The notes under the pieces are model-generated. The model was not told the origin of the DNA, ran no database searches, and worked only from the letters and a program-made list of their open reading frames with translations. A stretch of 49,455 nt of DNA. Origin: an uncultured Dehalococcoidia bacterium. GTDB lineage: Bacteria > Chloroflexota > Dehalococcoidia > Lucifugimonadales > CAJWER01. Shown one piece after another: positions 1-10,202 of the stretch. The stretch is from assembly GCA_964384845.1 (NCBI GenBank), contig CAYLLU010000005.1, positions 12,212-61,666 of the forward strand, read 5' to 3'. The position numbers were made by a program, and so were the translations under genes. Within the stretch, counting starts at the first letter, position 1; each line of letters starts with the position of its first letter.

Positions 1-1
1 G

Positions 2-283
2 TGCTAGGCACAATACGGGGAAGTATGTGGCATAGGTCAGTGCACTATTGGACTCATCGATGCTGCGAGCCCAGGAGACTATACCAGCCGTAAATACAAG
101 CATGGTGAGACCGGCAACCATTGTCATTGGCAATAACCACTTCCAATCGTTGTTTGCCACGAGCCAAGCAATCTCTGCAGCATCGTCCTTGTGATCACCT
201 TCAATTATGCCTGTTGCCATAAAGATGGCCAAAGTGACGAATCCCATTATGAGGGACCACCCCGTAGTCTTTGAACTGAGCAT
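2..283 (-). CDS. Partial membrane protein (N-terminal part; runs off the left edge)
   Basis: Not in the ORF track. ATG at 283 preceded by AGGAGG; frame open to the edge: MLSSKTTGWSLIMGFVTLAIFMATGII...WLLPMTMVAGLTMLVFTAGIVSW..., with hydrophobic helices. Confidence 0.75.
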   Translation of the reverse strand, partial: MLSSKTTGWSLIMGFVTLAIFMATGIIEGDHKDDAAEIAWLVANNDWKWLLPMTMVAGLTMLVFTAGIVSWARSIDESNSALTYATYFPVLCLA

Positions 284-606
284 CGATACCTCCTATTTCA
301 TTGGACCATTCATACTCACAGTAGTGACTCTTAGTGTCAAGGCAATATTGGTACTTAGTTTACGGGTAAAAGCTTTGTATCTGTGACACCAATACTGATC
401 ACAGTTATCGCATCATTCAAACGTTATATGGGCGTGAGATGGGGCTCTTAGAAATGTCCTAGCTCTGCCTAACAACAGCCTCATAAACCCCAACAGCGTC
501 CCAACTATTCATCCGCTTGTCCTAGTGATTATCAACCATACTAAGGCCCGTTATTTCTGCCCCTAGGCTATACTGTTCCAGCTATACTGTTTCAAAGGAT
601 ATATTC

Positions 607-1419
607 ATGCAAGCTGGAATGAGACATAAAGCTGTATTAGTGTTGGGATTAGCACTTCTTGCATTGGCTATCGCCACTTGTGGTGGTAGTCAGTCGGCAT
701 CCAATATTAATGAATTTGTTGAAACTGCGGATTTACAGCGTGATACCCAGGCGGCCCAAGATATAGCAAACTACGACGAAGCCATTCGTCTCAATCCCCA
801 GGATTCCGTGGCTTACCTTGGCAGAGGAATCGCGTATGACTATCTTAATCAGCACGATAGAGCGATAGAGGACTACGACGAAGCCATACGTCTAAATCCC
901 GAGGATTCCGACGCCTATCTTGGCAGAGGTGTATCTTACAACTATCTTAATCAATACGAGAGAGCGATTCAGGATTTCGACGAGGCCATCAGACTCAATC
1001 CCGAGTACACTCTTGCCTACTACAACAGAGGTGTTGCGTACCGCCACCTACGCCAGTACGATCTAGCAATACAGGACTATGATGAAGCCATACGTCTAAA
1101 TCCTGCGGATTCCGACTCCTATCTTGAAAGAGGTATTGCGTACGGCTTCCTTAATCAGTACGAGAGGGCGATACAAGACTATGATGAAGCCATACGTCTA
1201 AATCCCGAGGATTCCGACTCCTATCTTGGCAGAGGTATGGCGTACGGCTTTCTTAATCAGTACGAGCTCGCGATACAAGACTTCGATGGGGCCATTAGCC
1301 TCAATCCCGAATACATGCACGCTTACTTGCTCAGGGCGACAATTTACACAAAACTAGGTAAATCAAAAGAAGCAGAGAGGGATATTGCAAAGGCCGCTGA
1401 ACTCGAGTACGAGCCATAG
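607..1419 (+). CDS. Tetratricopeptide repeat protein, probably an exported lipoprotein
   Basis: Six 34-aa repeats (YDEAIRLNP..AY..RG.AY..L.QY..AI.D); hydrophobic N-terminus followed by lipobox-like IATC-GG. Confidence 0.9.
   Translation: MQAGMRHKAVLVLGLALLALAIATCGGSQSASNINEFVETADLQRDTQAAQDIANYDEAIRLNPQDSVAYLGRGIAYDYLNQHDRAIEDYDEAIRLNPEDSDAYLGRGVSYNYLNQYERAIQDFDEAIRLNPEYTLAYYNRGVAYRHLRQYDLAIQDYDEAIRLNPADSDSYLERGIAYGFLNQYERAIQDYDEAIRLNPEDSDSYLGRGMAYGFLNQYELAIQDFDGAISLNPEYMHAYLLRATIYTKLGKSKEAERDIAKAAELEYEP
769..1380 (+). repeat. Six tandem 102-bp TPR-coding units
   Basis: Units start at 769, 871, 973, 1075, 1177 and 1279; units 4 and 5 differ at 9 of 102 nt by manual count. Confidence 0.9.
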
Positions 1420-1684
1420 GCGATGCTGTCTCCTGTGGAAGCTTCATACGTTGTGGTGGATAGAACCTAACGGATATGAGTCCTATTGAAGATTAAGTAC
1501 AACTTGATGTTAGGAAGATTAACCCCAAGTGGAAATATTGAACTATTGTCGTTATTTTAGGATTGGATCTGGAGATCTACGAATCTCGGTGGAGCTCTTT
1601 CTGGAAGTCTACCGTGTGCCTTCGGCTGTGCAGGGGGTGTGATTAGACCAGCGGTTCTTGATAGCAATATCGGTGGGGATTCTT

Positions 1685-2758
1685 TCAGCGGATGATACCA
1701 CGCTTCGCGATTGGCCAGATCGTCTCTATTCCTTCCCCTCGTGTGCCATAGACGACTTCACCCAGGGATGTGACCAGGCTCGCGTAGTTAGGAATGACTG
1801 TGATACGCTCGCCGATCTTGGGTTTGGGATGGCACGAACTCACGTCCACGTGCCCGTGTTCCTCTGACATACTGTAAACAGTGGCGTCGGGATACTCGAT
1901 GACGTGCCCCATTCCGATCCCCAGGTCGGCTCCCATATTGCTGAACGTCTTGCGACCGGCATCGAAAATGGCACGGTCCTCCGTGGGGCGACTTACAATA
2001 GTGCATCGCACTGTGAGAGCGCACTGTTCAAGTGTGGCGGGACTCTGGAGTACTTTCGTGCGGTCGTAGTAGATGTACATTCCCGGGCGAGTCTCGGTAA
2101 TACCATGAGGCCACTCGTCTCGCAAGATGTAAACGGTGGCGTGGGCGCTCACGATTTGCGCATTCAGTCCATCTGCAACAAGCAGATCGAGTGTCTCCCG
2201 AAAAAACGCATCCACTGCTTGGTTGTACGTCTCTTCCGGGAACCCCCCCTTGTACGTCATTATTCCAGAGAACTCAACGGCGGGTAGACGCGATATGATC
2301 TGGGCCAAGACCAGTGCTGATTGGGCTGTGGACACGCCAGTGCGCTGACCTCCTGTGTCGCACTCAACAACAAGGCCTAATGTGGAGCCGTAGGCGGCCG
2401 CTGCCTCGGATATGCCACGTGCGACGATCTCCGAATCAATAGCGACGGTGATACTTGTCCTTGCCGCCAGCCTCGCCAATCGGTTCAGTTTGCCGTGGCC
2501 AACGATATTGAAGCATATGAGGATGTCGTCGATTCCTGCAGCAGCCATTGCCTCTGCCTCTGCAAGCGTCTGGCAGGTGACGCCTTGTGCTCCGGCCTTC
2601 AGTTGCATGTGGGCGATGGCGGGAATCTTGTGGGTCTTGATGTGGGGGCGGCAGCGAATATTGCGTTTATCCAGGAACGTCTGCATGCGGCTTATGTTGT
2701 CTTCAAGAACATCCAGGTTCACGGTCAGTGCCGGCGTGTCCAGATCGTTCACATGCAT
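1685..2758 (-). CDS. D-threonine aldolase/D-serine dehydratase-like PLP enzyme (fold type III, alanine racemase superfamily)
   Basis: DTPAL, RPHIKTHK (PLP lysine), DTG..RTG, RPG.Y, DAGRK, SEEHG; GAGG upstream. Confidence 0.88.
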   Translation of the reverse strand: MHVNDLDTPALTVNLDVLEDNISRMQTFLDKRNIRCRPHIKTHKIPAIAHMQLKAGAQGVTCQTLAEAEAMAAAGIDDILICFNIVGHGKLNRLARLAARTSITVAIDSEIVARGISEAAAAYGSTLGLVVECDTGGQRTGVSTAQSALVLAQIISRLPAVEFSGIMTYKGGFPEETYNQAVDAFFRETLDLLVADGLNAQIVSAHATVYILRDEWPHGITETRPGMYIYYDRTKVLQSPATLEQCALTVRCTIVSRPTEDRAIFDAGRKTFSNMGADLGIGMGHVIEYPDATVYSMSEEHGHVDVSSCHPKPKIGERITVIPNYASLVTSLGEVVYGTRGEGIETIWPIAKRGIIR

Positions 2759-3228
2759 TAGCTCACCTCTCGGACAAAGTTCAAGAACTGAATCCCGATC
2801 ATGTCATTGTCTAGATTTCGATGGCTTCTGTGTTAGACCCTGAGGTGTCGTAAGACTAGCTTAACGTCTTCGAATAGAACGAGCGGGTTACTTCATATCT
2901 GACCGGGTTTACAACATGTACGAGACTAAACCTTTCCGCTTCGCCCCGGACCGGGAGTTGGCACCATACTAGGACCTTGATGCAATGTCCTGCGTCTATT
3001 CTAGGGAGACCCATTGCACTGTGTCAGCAGCCTAACTATCTCATCGAATCTGCCCCGCATGCCAAGGATAACCGAGTGGCTTCCGACTGTCTATGCTCCT
3101 GTGCACAAGCTAGGAAGTCATCTTCACAGCGGTCTCCTTGTCACCGCACCTATGATAGTGGTTTGCATCGCAGGCCGTCGGCACTAATTGGAGATATTCA
3201 AGGTGTAGAAGACTAGACGGTGTAGGTG

Positions 3229-3268
3229 GTGTGATCTCTTGGACTATGGGGAGATCAAGAGATCACAC
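3229..3268. terminator. Perfect 13-bp inverted repeat (hairpin or operator)
   Basis: GTGTGATCTCTTG (3229-3241) / CAAGAGATCACAC (3256-3268), 14-nt loop, ~180 nt downstream of the minus-strand SDR; no clear U-tract. Confidence 0.45.
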
Positions 3269-3451
3269 ACTGCCCTTTCGAATCTGATCAATCCTTGATA
3301 TTTTCGCTAGATGACGTGATTTCGGTCGTAAGCCACATCCGTCTGTACTAAATTCATGCCGATAATTGTCAGGCTGTTATCTCGCAGAGAGTCGATCTTA
3401 CAGGTGATGAGCCTTATACAATGCGTCTTATATTGAGTAGGGTAGTGGTGC

Positions 3452-4222
3452 CTAGTGCTCCAGCCAGAAACCGCCGTCGACGCGAAGGACTGCCCCGGTG
3501 ATATAGTCCGCCGCGTCTGAGGACAGGAACGTGGCGGCCTTGCCTAGGTCTTCGATAGTTCCCAGTCGTCCCCAAGGTAACTTAGTGCCGCCCTCTACAA
3601 TATCCTTTTCGGTATTGAACTGTCGCTCTCCAGGAGTATCGATCCATCCGGGTTCGATAACGTTGACCCTGATGCGGTGCCGAGTCAGTTCCCTGGCCAT
3701 TGTATTCGACATATGGTTCATGCCGGCCTTGGCCGAATTATAGGCAAGCGCAGTCGGAACAGGGATGAAGGCGTGCACTGAGCTGATGAAGAGGATACTT
3801 CCTCCCCTACCTTGCGCCACTAGTTGTCGAGCGCCCGCCTGAGACGTATGGAAGGCTCCAAACAGGCTGACATCTAGGGTGCGCCTCATCCCTTCGGCGG
3901 ACATGTCGAGGAAGGGCTCCCTTTTACTGTAGTAGGCGTTACACACTACGATGTCTAGTTGGCCGAAGCGCTCAACCGTGGCTGCCACCATTTGATCCAC
4001 GCCCACGCGATCGGAAACATCTGCGTGGAACACCATGGCCTGACGGCCTAACGAGCGTACCGACTCCGCCACCTCCTCAGCATCATCGACATGGCTACGA
4101 TAGTTAATGGTCACATCTGCACCGGCCCTGGCCATCTCGATTGCACATCCCCTACCAATACCTCGCGATGAGCCTGTGATTAGAGCGACTTTGCCGTTCA
4201 GATCTATCATAGTATTCTCCAT
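3452..4222 (-). CDS. Short-chain dehydrogenase/reductase (glucose 1-dehydrogenase-like)
   Basis: TGSSRGIG, YNSAK catalytic motif, PGWIDT, VDGG; true start may be the ATG at 4210, which has GGAG upstream. Confidence 0.92.
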   Translation of the reverse strand: MENTMIDLNGKVALITGSSRGIGRGCAIEMARAGADVTINYRSHVDDAEEVAESVRSLGRQAMVFHADVSDRVGVDQMVAATVERFGQLDIVVCNAYYSKREPFLDMSAEGMRRTLDVSLFGAFHTSQAGARQLVAQGRGGSILFISSVHAFIPVPTALAYNSAKAGMNHMSNTMARELTRHRIRVNVIEPGWIDTPGERQFNTEKDIVEGGTKLPWGRLGTIEDLGKAATFLSSDAADYITGAVLRVDGGFWLEH

Positions 4223-4366
4223 GAGGATGCAGCCTCTTATTTTATCCCGCGAGTGATTATAGCGTTTCTAACGATGAGGCACTTAGCAAGAAGTCTATCA
4301 AGACGATTGAAACGGTGACACAATAGGATGGGAGTGAGTGATTGTAGTTAACTCAGGAGGTATTTA

Positions 4367-4876
4367 ATGGAAGTATATGAGGCAGTTCAGACTGTACTAG
4401 CAGTCCGTGAGTTTCAGAGCAAGCCTGTACCTGATAGTGAAATCCATCGGATTATTGAGGCTGCACGACTCACTGGGAGCAGTATGAATGGCCAGCCTTG
4501 GCATTTTGTCGTCGTACAGAACCACGACACCCTTGGCGAACTCGGTTCACTAGTGAGTTCTGGGCGATATAACGCACAAGCCGCATTCGCGATAGTAGTA
4601 GCTATCGACAAATCATCACCGTTCGGAATCTCTGACGCTAGTCGTGCGATCCAATCGATGGTGTTGACTGCATGGTCCGAGGGAATTGGCTCAAATTGGA
4701 CGGGCTGGGTTGGTATGACAGAAGTTGCCTCTCTTCTTGGCATTCCAGAAAGTCTAGATGTCATTGCGGTGGTGCCTTTCGGATATCCTACACAAATACG
4801 CACAAGGGGCAAGAAGCGGCGTAAAAACCTGTCCGAAGTCGCTCACTGCGAGCAATTTGGACAGTCGTTCGGTTGA
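4367..4876 (+). CDS. Nitroreductase family protein
   Basis: VREF, SSMNGQPWHFVVV, GIGSNW, PFGYP; RBS AGGAGG. Confidence 0.92.
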   Translation: MEVYEAVQTVLAVREFQSKPVPDSEIHRIIEAARLTGSSMNGQPWHFVVVQNHDTLGELGSLVSSGRYNAQAAFAIVVAIDKSSPFGISDASRAIQSMVLTAWSEGIGSNWTGWVGMTEVASLLGIPESLDVIAVVPFGYPTQIRTRGKKRRKNLSEVAHCEQFGQSFG

Positions 4877-4930
4877 CCATCAGTTTTAAAAAAGACTTCC
4901 GCTATCCTAACCATCGAAATACATTCCTCT

Positions 4931-4962
4931 TGCCTCCCTGAGCGCTATCGTTCGCAGAGGCA
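4931..4962 (+). terminator. Possible intrinsic terminator after the nitroreductase gene
   Basis: Imperfect hairpin TGCCTC...GAGCG/CGTTC...GAGGCA followed by AT-rich GTATTATATT. Confidence 0.3.
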
Positions 4963-5045
4963 GTATTATATTGGGGTGGTGGGTGTAATGGACCGTCTAC
5001 AGATTCTATTGGACAAGACCCAGACTAATTATAAAGGAGGCTGAA

Positions 5046-6134
5046 TTGCTCGAGAAATTTCATGTACCCGAGGACATTGAAGTAAGAATCCAAGTTGACG
5101 ACATGAGGTGGACTACTGAGGAGTTGTTCAAGACTCTGGGGATGTCCGATGCGAACGCCGTGCAGATCGCTGACGTACTTATGTATGCTGATCTCAGAGG
5201 GATCGATACTCATGGTGTTAGTAACATGCTACCTCTATACATAGATGGGTTTGTCGACGGGACAATGAACCCGAATCCAAATTGGGAGATCACTCGGGAG
5301 AATAAGGCTGTATGCGTGATAGACGGTGATGGTGGACATGGTATGGTCGTCTCACCCGTGGGCATGCAGGAGGCTATCGACCGCGCATCTCAATACGGTA
5401 TCGGAGCCGTATCGGTGATCAACTGCCATCATCTTGGTCCCTGTTCCTACTACGCGCAGATGGCATTGGAGCATGACATGTTGGGTTTGGCCACCACTAC
5501 CGGTGGACTTAATATGGTGCCCACCTTCGGCACCAAGCCACTTTTGGGTCTCAATGCACTGGCCTTCGCTGCTCCCACTGAGAAGAATCCCCCGTTCGTC
5601 TACGACGCCTCCCCGAGCGTGGTTGCTGGCAACAAGATTAGTTTGGCCAAGCGGCTTGGGCAGACCGTGCTTCCGGGATGGATCACCGACGAGCAAGGTA
5701 ACCCAATCATGAAGGAAACGGAAATCCCTGAAAAATACATGATGCTACCATTGGGGTCCACCAGGGAGGGAGGCTCCCAAAAGGGCTACTCTATGTCTGT
5801 GATCTCAGAGATCCTAACCACTGGATTGACTGCTACAGGCGCTGGTCCAAGACGGCAAGCGGACTCAGTTCATCACTTCATGGCGTGGGACGTATCTAGT
5901 TTCTCCGCCCCCTCCGATTTTAAGGCCGATCTCGACCAATACCTAACGGACTTACTCGACTGTCCCACCGTATCGGGCGACGGGAGAGTCCTTTATTCTG
6001 GCTACCCTGAGGCACGAACCGAGGAGGAGCGCATCGAAAAAGGTATCCCATACCACCCAGAGGTTATCGATTGGTTTAAGCAAGTGACATCCAGACACGG
6101 AGTTCCCTGGCGCTTAACCGGGAACCGTCAGTGA
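5046..6134 (+). CDS. Ldh_2 family oxidoreductase (malate/L-lactate/L-sulfolactate/ureidoglycolate dehydrogenase type)
   Basis: ADLRGIDTHG, HHLG, PTFG...LG.N, LPLG....S.KGY; TTG start with RBS AAAGGAGG. Confidence 0.9.
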   Translation: MLEKFHVPEDIEVRIQVDDMRWTTEELFKTLGMSDANAVQIADVLMYADLRGIDTHGVSNMLPLYIDGFVDGTMNPNPNWEITRENKAVCVIDGDGGHGMVVSPVGMQEAIDRASQYGIGAVSVINCHHLGPCSYYAQMALEHDMLGLATTTGGLNMVPTFGTKPLLGLNALAFAAPTEKNPPFVYDASPSVVAGNKISLAKRLGQTVLPGWITDEQGNPIMKETEIPEKYMMLPLGSTREGGSQKGYSMSVISEILTTGLTATGAGPRRQADSVHHFMAWDVSSFSAPSDFKADLDQYLTDLLDCPTVSGDGRVLYSGYPEARTEEERIEKGIPYHPEVIDWFKQVTSRHGVPWRLTGNRQ

Positions 6135-6604
6135 TAATTGGTGACATTCGAGTCGTTGGAAACCTTAGAGTCTGAGATTATTGGGGTCTCTTGAATCTAG
6201 TATAAAGTGTCTAACGAACGCAGAATATGTGTCCTGGTTCCAAGTCAACAAAATAAAGTCCTACGGGGAGCGGACCGAACAGATAGACTGCTAGGCGATA
6301 ATGTACCCAAAGGCAGACGTCTGTGGTTAGAATCCCATTCGGACCACTTTATCCGCTCCTACTTCGGATCGCAGCTTGCCTCACTTTATACCAACTATAA
6401 TTATGTTTTACTCCCAACAAGGCTTCAAGACTTAGCTACGTGGACGTGGTGCAAAGCTTGTGAACACCTGAACAAAATTCCAAGAGTTCACATGGCGCTT
6501 GACTGGCCGGTGTGAGGCATCAGATCCACCATTAACGAGTAGGTAGACCCGTTAGATGCTAGGCATATCAATGGCTTGCAGAATTGGTACCATATTTCGA
6601 TGAT

Positions 6605-7705
6605 CTACATCGTTCTCAGGGAGGGGATACCCAGTTTGCTCACCATGTCATCGAACCATTCCACGACTTCTTTGTGTAGGGGGATGCCATTGGCTCTCCG
6701 GTCCTGCTCCTCTTCGTACTCAGCGAGGCCAGGATAGAGCACCCTGTCATGACCAGGGGCGGGCCTGCTCGTTCGCAGTGTCTTGAGCATCCTGTCCATA
6801 TTGACTTTAAACTCGTCGACGTCAGTGAAAGCTGCGATATGGTAGGCTGCAAAAAAATGCTTGTAGCCGCTCTCGAACCGCTCTGAGTCGAACATGCTGG
6901 GGACGGAACCGGACAAGAATGAGCCAAGTACCTCGACCATCTTCATGAATCCGTAACCTTTGTGAGAGCCGTTTTCCCTGGATCCGCCCAAGGGAAGTAG
7001 ACGGTTGTACCAACCTCCTTCAGGTACAGGAGTCTCCTCCAAAATTGGGGTGCCCTCTTCATCGGCTATCCAATTAGGCAGTAGGTTGGAGCCTACCCTA
7101 TTGGCCAGAGAGAACTTGTTGCCCGCGATTTGCGATGTGGCAGCATCGAAAAGTAATGGAGGTTCGGTTTTTCCCAGGGCGGCGATTGAGATAGGGTTGG
7201 TGCCGAATCTCTGTTCTGCTGAGAAGGTGGGTAATACTCCTGCACCGGCGGCACTGGCGCACATCCCGACCATATCTTGTTTTGCCGCATGCATCGAAAA
7301 ATGTCCGACGGCTCCCAGGTGAGCGCCGTTGTTCATAGTGACTATTCCCACGCCGACGGTCTTGGCTTTCTTAATGGCTATATTCATTGCTCTGGTGCCC
7401 AAGATTATGCCTAATCCTCGATCGGCGTTGATTACAGCTGTGCCCGGGGTCTCGCGTTCGATTTGCCAGTTGGGCCTGGAGTTAATCTGCCCGCTGGTGT
7501 ACTGCTCGACGTAGATGCGAAGCATATTAGATACGCCGTGGGTCTCGACGCCTCTCAAATCGGTCATGATCAGCACGTCGGCGCCTTCTTCGGCGTCTTC
7601 ACGCGACACTCCCATCTTTTCGAAGATAGCTGTGACCACCTCATGCAGTGATTCCACTGGTACGCGTTCTGTGTCTCCCGGCCTTGGCTTGAATCGTTCT
7701 AACAT
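6605..7705 (-). CDS. Ldh_2 family oxidoreductase, paralogue of 5046-6134
   Basis: DLRGVETHG, AHLG, FGTNPI, LPLGG....SHKGYG, VLYPG..E. Confidence 0.92.
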   Translation of the reverse strand: MLERFKPRPGDTERVPVESLHEVVTAIFEKMGVSREDAEEGADVLIMTDLRGVETHGVSNMLRIYVEQYTSGQINSRPNWQIERETPGTAVINADRGLGIILGTRAMNIAIKKAKTVGVGIVTMNNGAHLGAVGHFSMHAAKQDMVGMCASAAGAGVLPTFSAEQRFGTNPISIAALGKTEPPLLFDAATSQIAGNKFSLANRVGSNLLPNWIADEEGTPILEETPVPEGGWYNRLLPLGGSRENGSHKGYGFMKMVEVLGSFLSGSVPSMFDSERFESGYKHFFAAYHIAAFTDVDEFKVNMDRMLKTLRTSRPAPGHDRVLYPGLAEYEEEQDRRANGIPLHKEVVEWFDDMVSKLGIPSLRTM

Positions 7706-8370
7706 GCTTTCTTTCCGCCCTTTCCTTTAATAGATTGATCAGGATTAGAGTTACTTGAATTATCATTCATAGATTTGTTTACAACGGCGTGGTTGTCTCT
7801 TCAGGACTATATCCTAGGAATAGCAGTCTGGATGCCAGGATGATAAGTCGGGCGTTCCTGACACCGATAATACACGGGAGTCGATGATGAGATCGGAATA
7901 CATGTTGAAGTTTCGGGTGTAGTTGGTAGCACTGTTCAAGTGAACAACTCACCAGCCCCAGTTTTACCTGGACCTGCTCGACAATCGACACTGTTATGGC
8001 TGCGTTTAATGACTAGCTACCCCGTGAACCGCCAATTCGAGTGGATTCCATCATGGCTCGCAAATCTGTCCTGATGACAGTGTGTAGGGGATCAGTTGAT
8101 CGTTCATGGAGCTTGAGGGAGTCTAGCTGCTGAGAAGGGATAGGTCAACCATGGTTTTGACGAGCAAATCCAGGTTTCGAATGGGGCTCTTTCTTTGTGT
8201 GTCTTACGTCAGGAATCGTTCGTGTCACAGCAGCGCTTGACTGAGACTGTACGGCGCAGCGTCCTGACTCCACCTCGACTTGTCCAATTCGGTTAATGGT
8301 GAATAGCGTCGCCTAGTGCCAGAGTTAGTAGTCAGCAAGTGATGATGTGGTAAGACGTATCGATCAGGCG

Positions 8371-8379
8371 TGCTATACT
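8371..8379 (+). promoter_or_regulatory. Extended -10 element
   Basis: TGCTATACT ~70 nt upstream of the TPP-enzyme start. Confidence 0.4.
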
Positions 8380-8447
8380 CGGACCCTTGAATTTGCCTAT
8401 GCTGGGCCACGGATTTGAGACACTCTCTCGGGGGAGATACCTAACCG

Positions 8448-10175
8448 ATGACAATTCGAAATATAACCGCCAATCCATCTCAGGTCATTGTGGAGCAACT
8501 TGCGGCGTCCGGTGTGAAATATGTTTTCAACAATCCTGGCTCTCGTGAGGCGATGTTCTTTGACGCATTGGCTGCACACCGAGATGTCCATGGTATTATG
8601 GCGCTCCACGAGGGCAGTGTTGCTGCGATGGCCGGGGGCTATACACAGGGCAAATGCGAGGCAGCGGTCATGTCGGTGCACCTCGGAGCAGGCCTGGCCC
8701 AGAGCTTGGGCCAGTTGATCTACATCGGAGCCGGTGGACTTCCCGTGAGCGTTATCACCTTCGCCGGTGACACTGGTAGGTTTGGAGATAAGGTTGGTCT
8801 TGATCTAGACCACAATTTCGGGCCGACATCGATTTCTACCCCGTTTACCAAGGCGACCTGGGCACTCATGGAGCCTGAAGGGCTTCCACAGGGGATCGAT
8901 CGCGCTATTCGGGTCGCCAAAGCTCCTCCGATGGGACCGGTACATTTAGCTGTGTACGACCGAGTGCTTGGACACGAGCAGATCACCACGGGCATTATCG
9001 AGAGCCAATCGATCGCAGACCGCGCAGGGTATCCGTCTACAGGCGACGCTGAGCTAATTGTAAAGGAATTGGTACAGGCTGACCGGCCGATCATCTATGT
9101 GGGCGATGGGGTCTGGAAGAGCGGCGCTGGCTCCGCCATTATGTTGCTGGCAGAACGACTTGGTACGCCAATCGCAGGCGACACTCGAGCAGTTTCTATA
9201 CGGCACCCCTTGCACTGCGGTCCGTTCGAGGACGCCGTGGCGGCATTCGAGCCGGATACAGTAGTATGTATCGGGGTTCGCCAGAACGCGCGAGGACAGC
9301 CGGCCGACTTAGCCACCTATACCGATTCGCAGCGGATCTTGGCCCTGGGGGCGGACGTCAGTTATCTGAAGAACATCCCTGGTGTGGAGGCAACCTTTCT
9401 GGCGGACGAGTCGAGGGCTATCGAGCGCATACTGGAAGTCGTGTCGGGAAGCACGGACGACACTGCATTCGATGAGCGTCGCTCCTGGGCTGTAGAGCAG
9501 GCAGAGGCGCTCCGCAAGAATCGACGGGAGGTAGTAGAGCGTGCAGGCCCACAACAAGGTTTCGTGAGGCCATGGGTTTTAGCAGACTCACTCGACGACG
9601 CCCTGGAAAACTTGGGTGGTGGCATGGTGATGATCGAGCAGTTTACGGTATCGACCGACGCGGTTAGGGACGTCCGAGAGTCGGCGCGTAATGTGTATAT
9701 GCGCGTCGGCGGACCGTCGGAAGGCTACGGTGTTGGTGGTGCGATCGGTCTAAAACTTGCCGTCGAAGACTGTCCAGTGGTCGGGCTTGTGGGTGATGGA
9801 TCGTTGTATTATGCGGACTCAGCGCTCTGGTCGGCTGCTCACCATCGCGTGCCGATTCTTTATGTCATCCCCAACAACCGTGCTTATGGCATCGTCGCCG
9901 GTGCATTTGAGAGTGTTGAGGGCACGATGAAAAAGACGGGGGCCTACGCAGGTGTCGCCTTGGAGAACATCGATCCTGTAAAGATTGCGGAAGGATTTGG
10001 CGTAGAGGCACGAAATGTCGACGATGAGTCCAGGGTCGATACCGCTATCGCTGAGGCCCTTGATCTAGTCGAGCGGGAACGGCGTCCTTTTCTACTCAAT
10101 GTTCATGTTCCGCACGGGCTGCCATCAGGTGGCCACGCGACACAGCCATATCACTTCAGAGGCACTACCACGTAG
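8448..10175 (+). CDS. Thiamine diphosphate-dependent enzyme, benzoylformate decarboxylase-like
   Basis: NPGSRE, LHE (cofactor-activating Glu), VHLGAG, GDGS...NN TPP-binding motif. Confidence 0.88.
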   Translation: MTIRNITANPSQVIVEQLAASGVKYVFNNPGSREAMFFDALAAHRDVHGIMALHEGSVAAMAGGYTQGKCEAAVMSVHLGAGLAQSLGQLIYIGAGGLPVSVITFAGDTGRFGDKVGLDLDHNFGPTSISTPFTKATWALMEPEGLPQGIDRAIRVAKAPPMGPVHLAVYDRVLGHEQITTGIIESQSIADRAGYPSTGDAELIVKELVQADRPIIYVGDGVWKSGAGSAIMLLAERLGTPIAGDTRAVSIRHPLHCGPFEDAVAAFEPDTVVCIGVRQNARGQPADLATYTDSQRILALGADVSYLKNIPGVEATFLADESRAIERILEVVSGSTDDTAFDERRSWAVEQAEALRKNRREVVERAGPQQGFVRPWVLADSLDDALENLGGGMVMIEQFTVSTDAVRDVRESARNVYMRVGGPSEGYGVGGAIGLKLAVEDCPVVGLVGDGSLYYADSALWSAAHHRVPILYVIPNNRAYGIVAGAFESVEGTMKKTGAYAGVALENIDPVKIAEGFGVEARNVDDESRVDTAIAEALDLVERERRPFLLNVHVPHGLPSGGHATQPYHFRGTTT

Positions 10176-10202
10176 GCTTAGCCGAAAGGAAGATTCTGAT
10201 GA

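Noticed and set aside
769-1380. CRISPR array or DGR template/variable repeat
   Set aside because: The repeats are contiguous in-frame 102-bp coding units with no spacers, differences are not adenine-specific, and no cas or reverse transcriptase gene is present.
7990-8200. TPP riboswitch upstream of the TPP-dependent enzyme
   Set aside because: A CTGAGA is present, but the conserved GAACCTGA…AATGC…GCGTAGGGA elements are not found in the right order.
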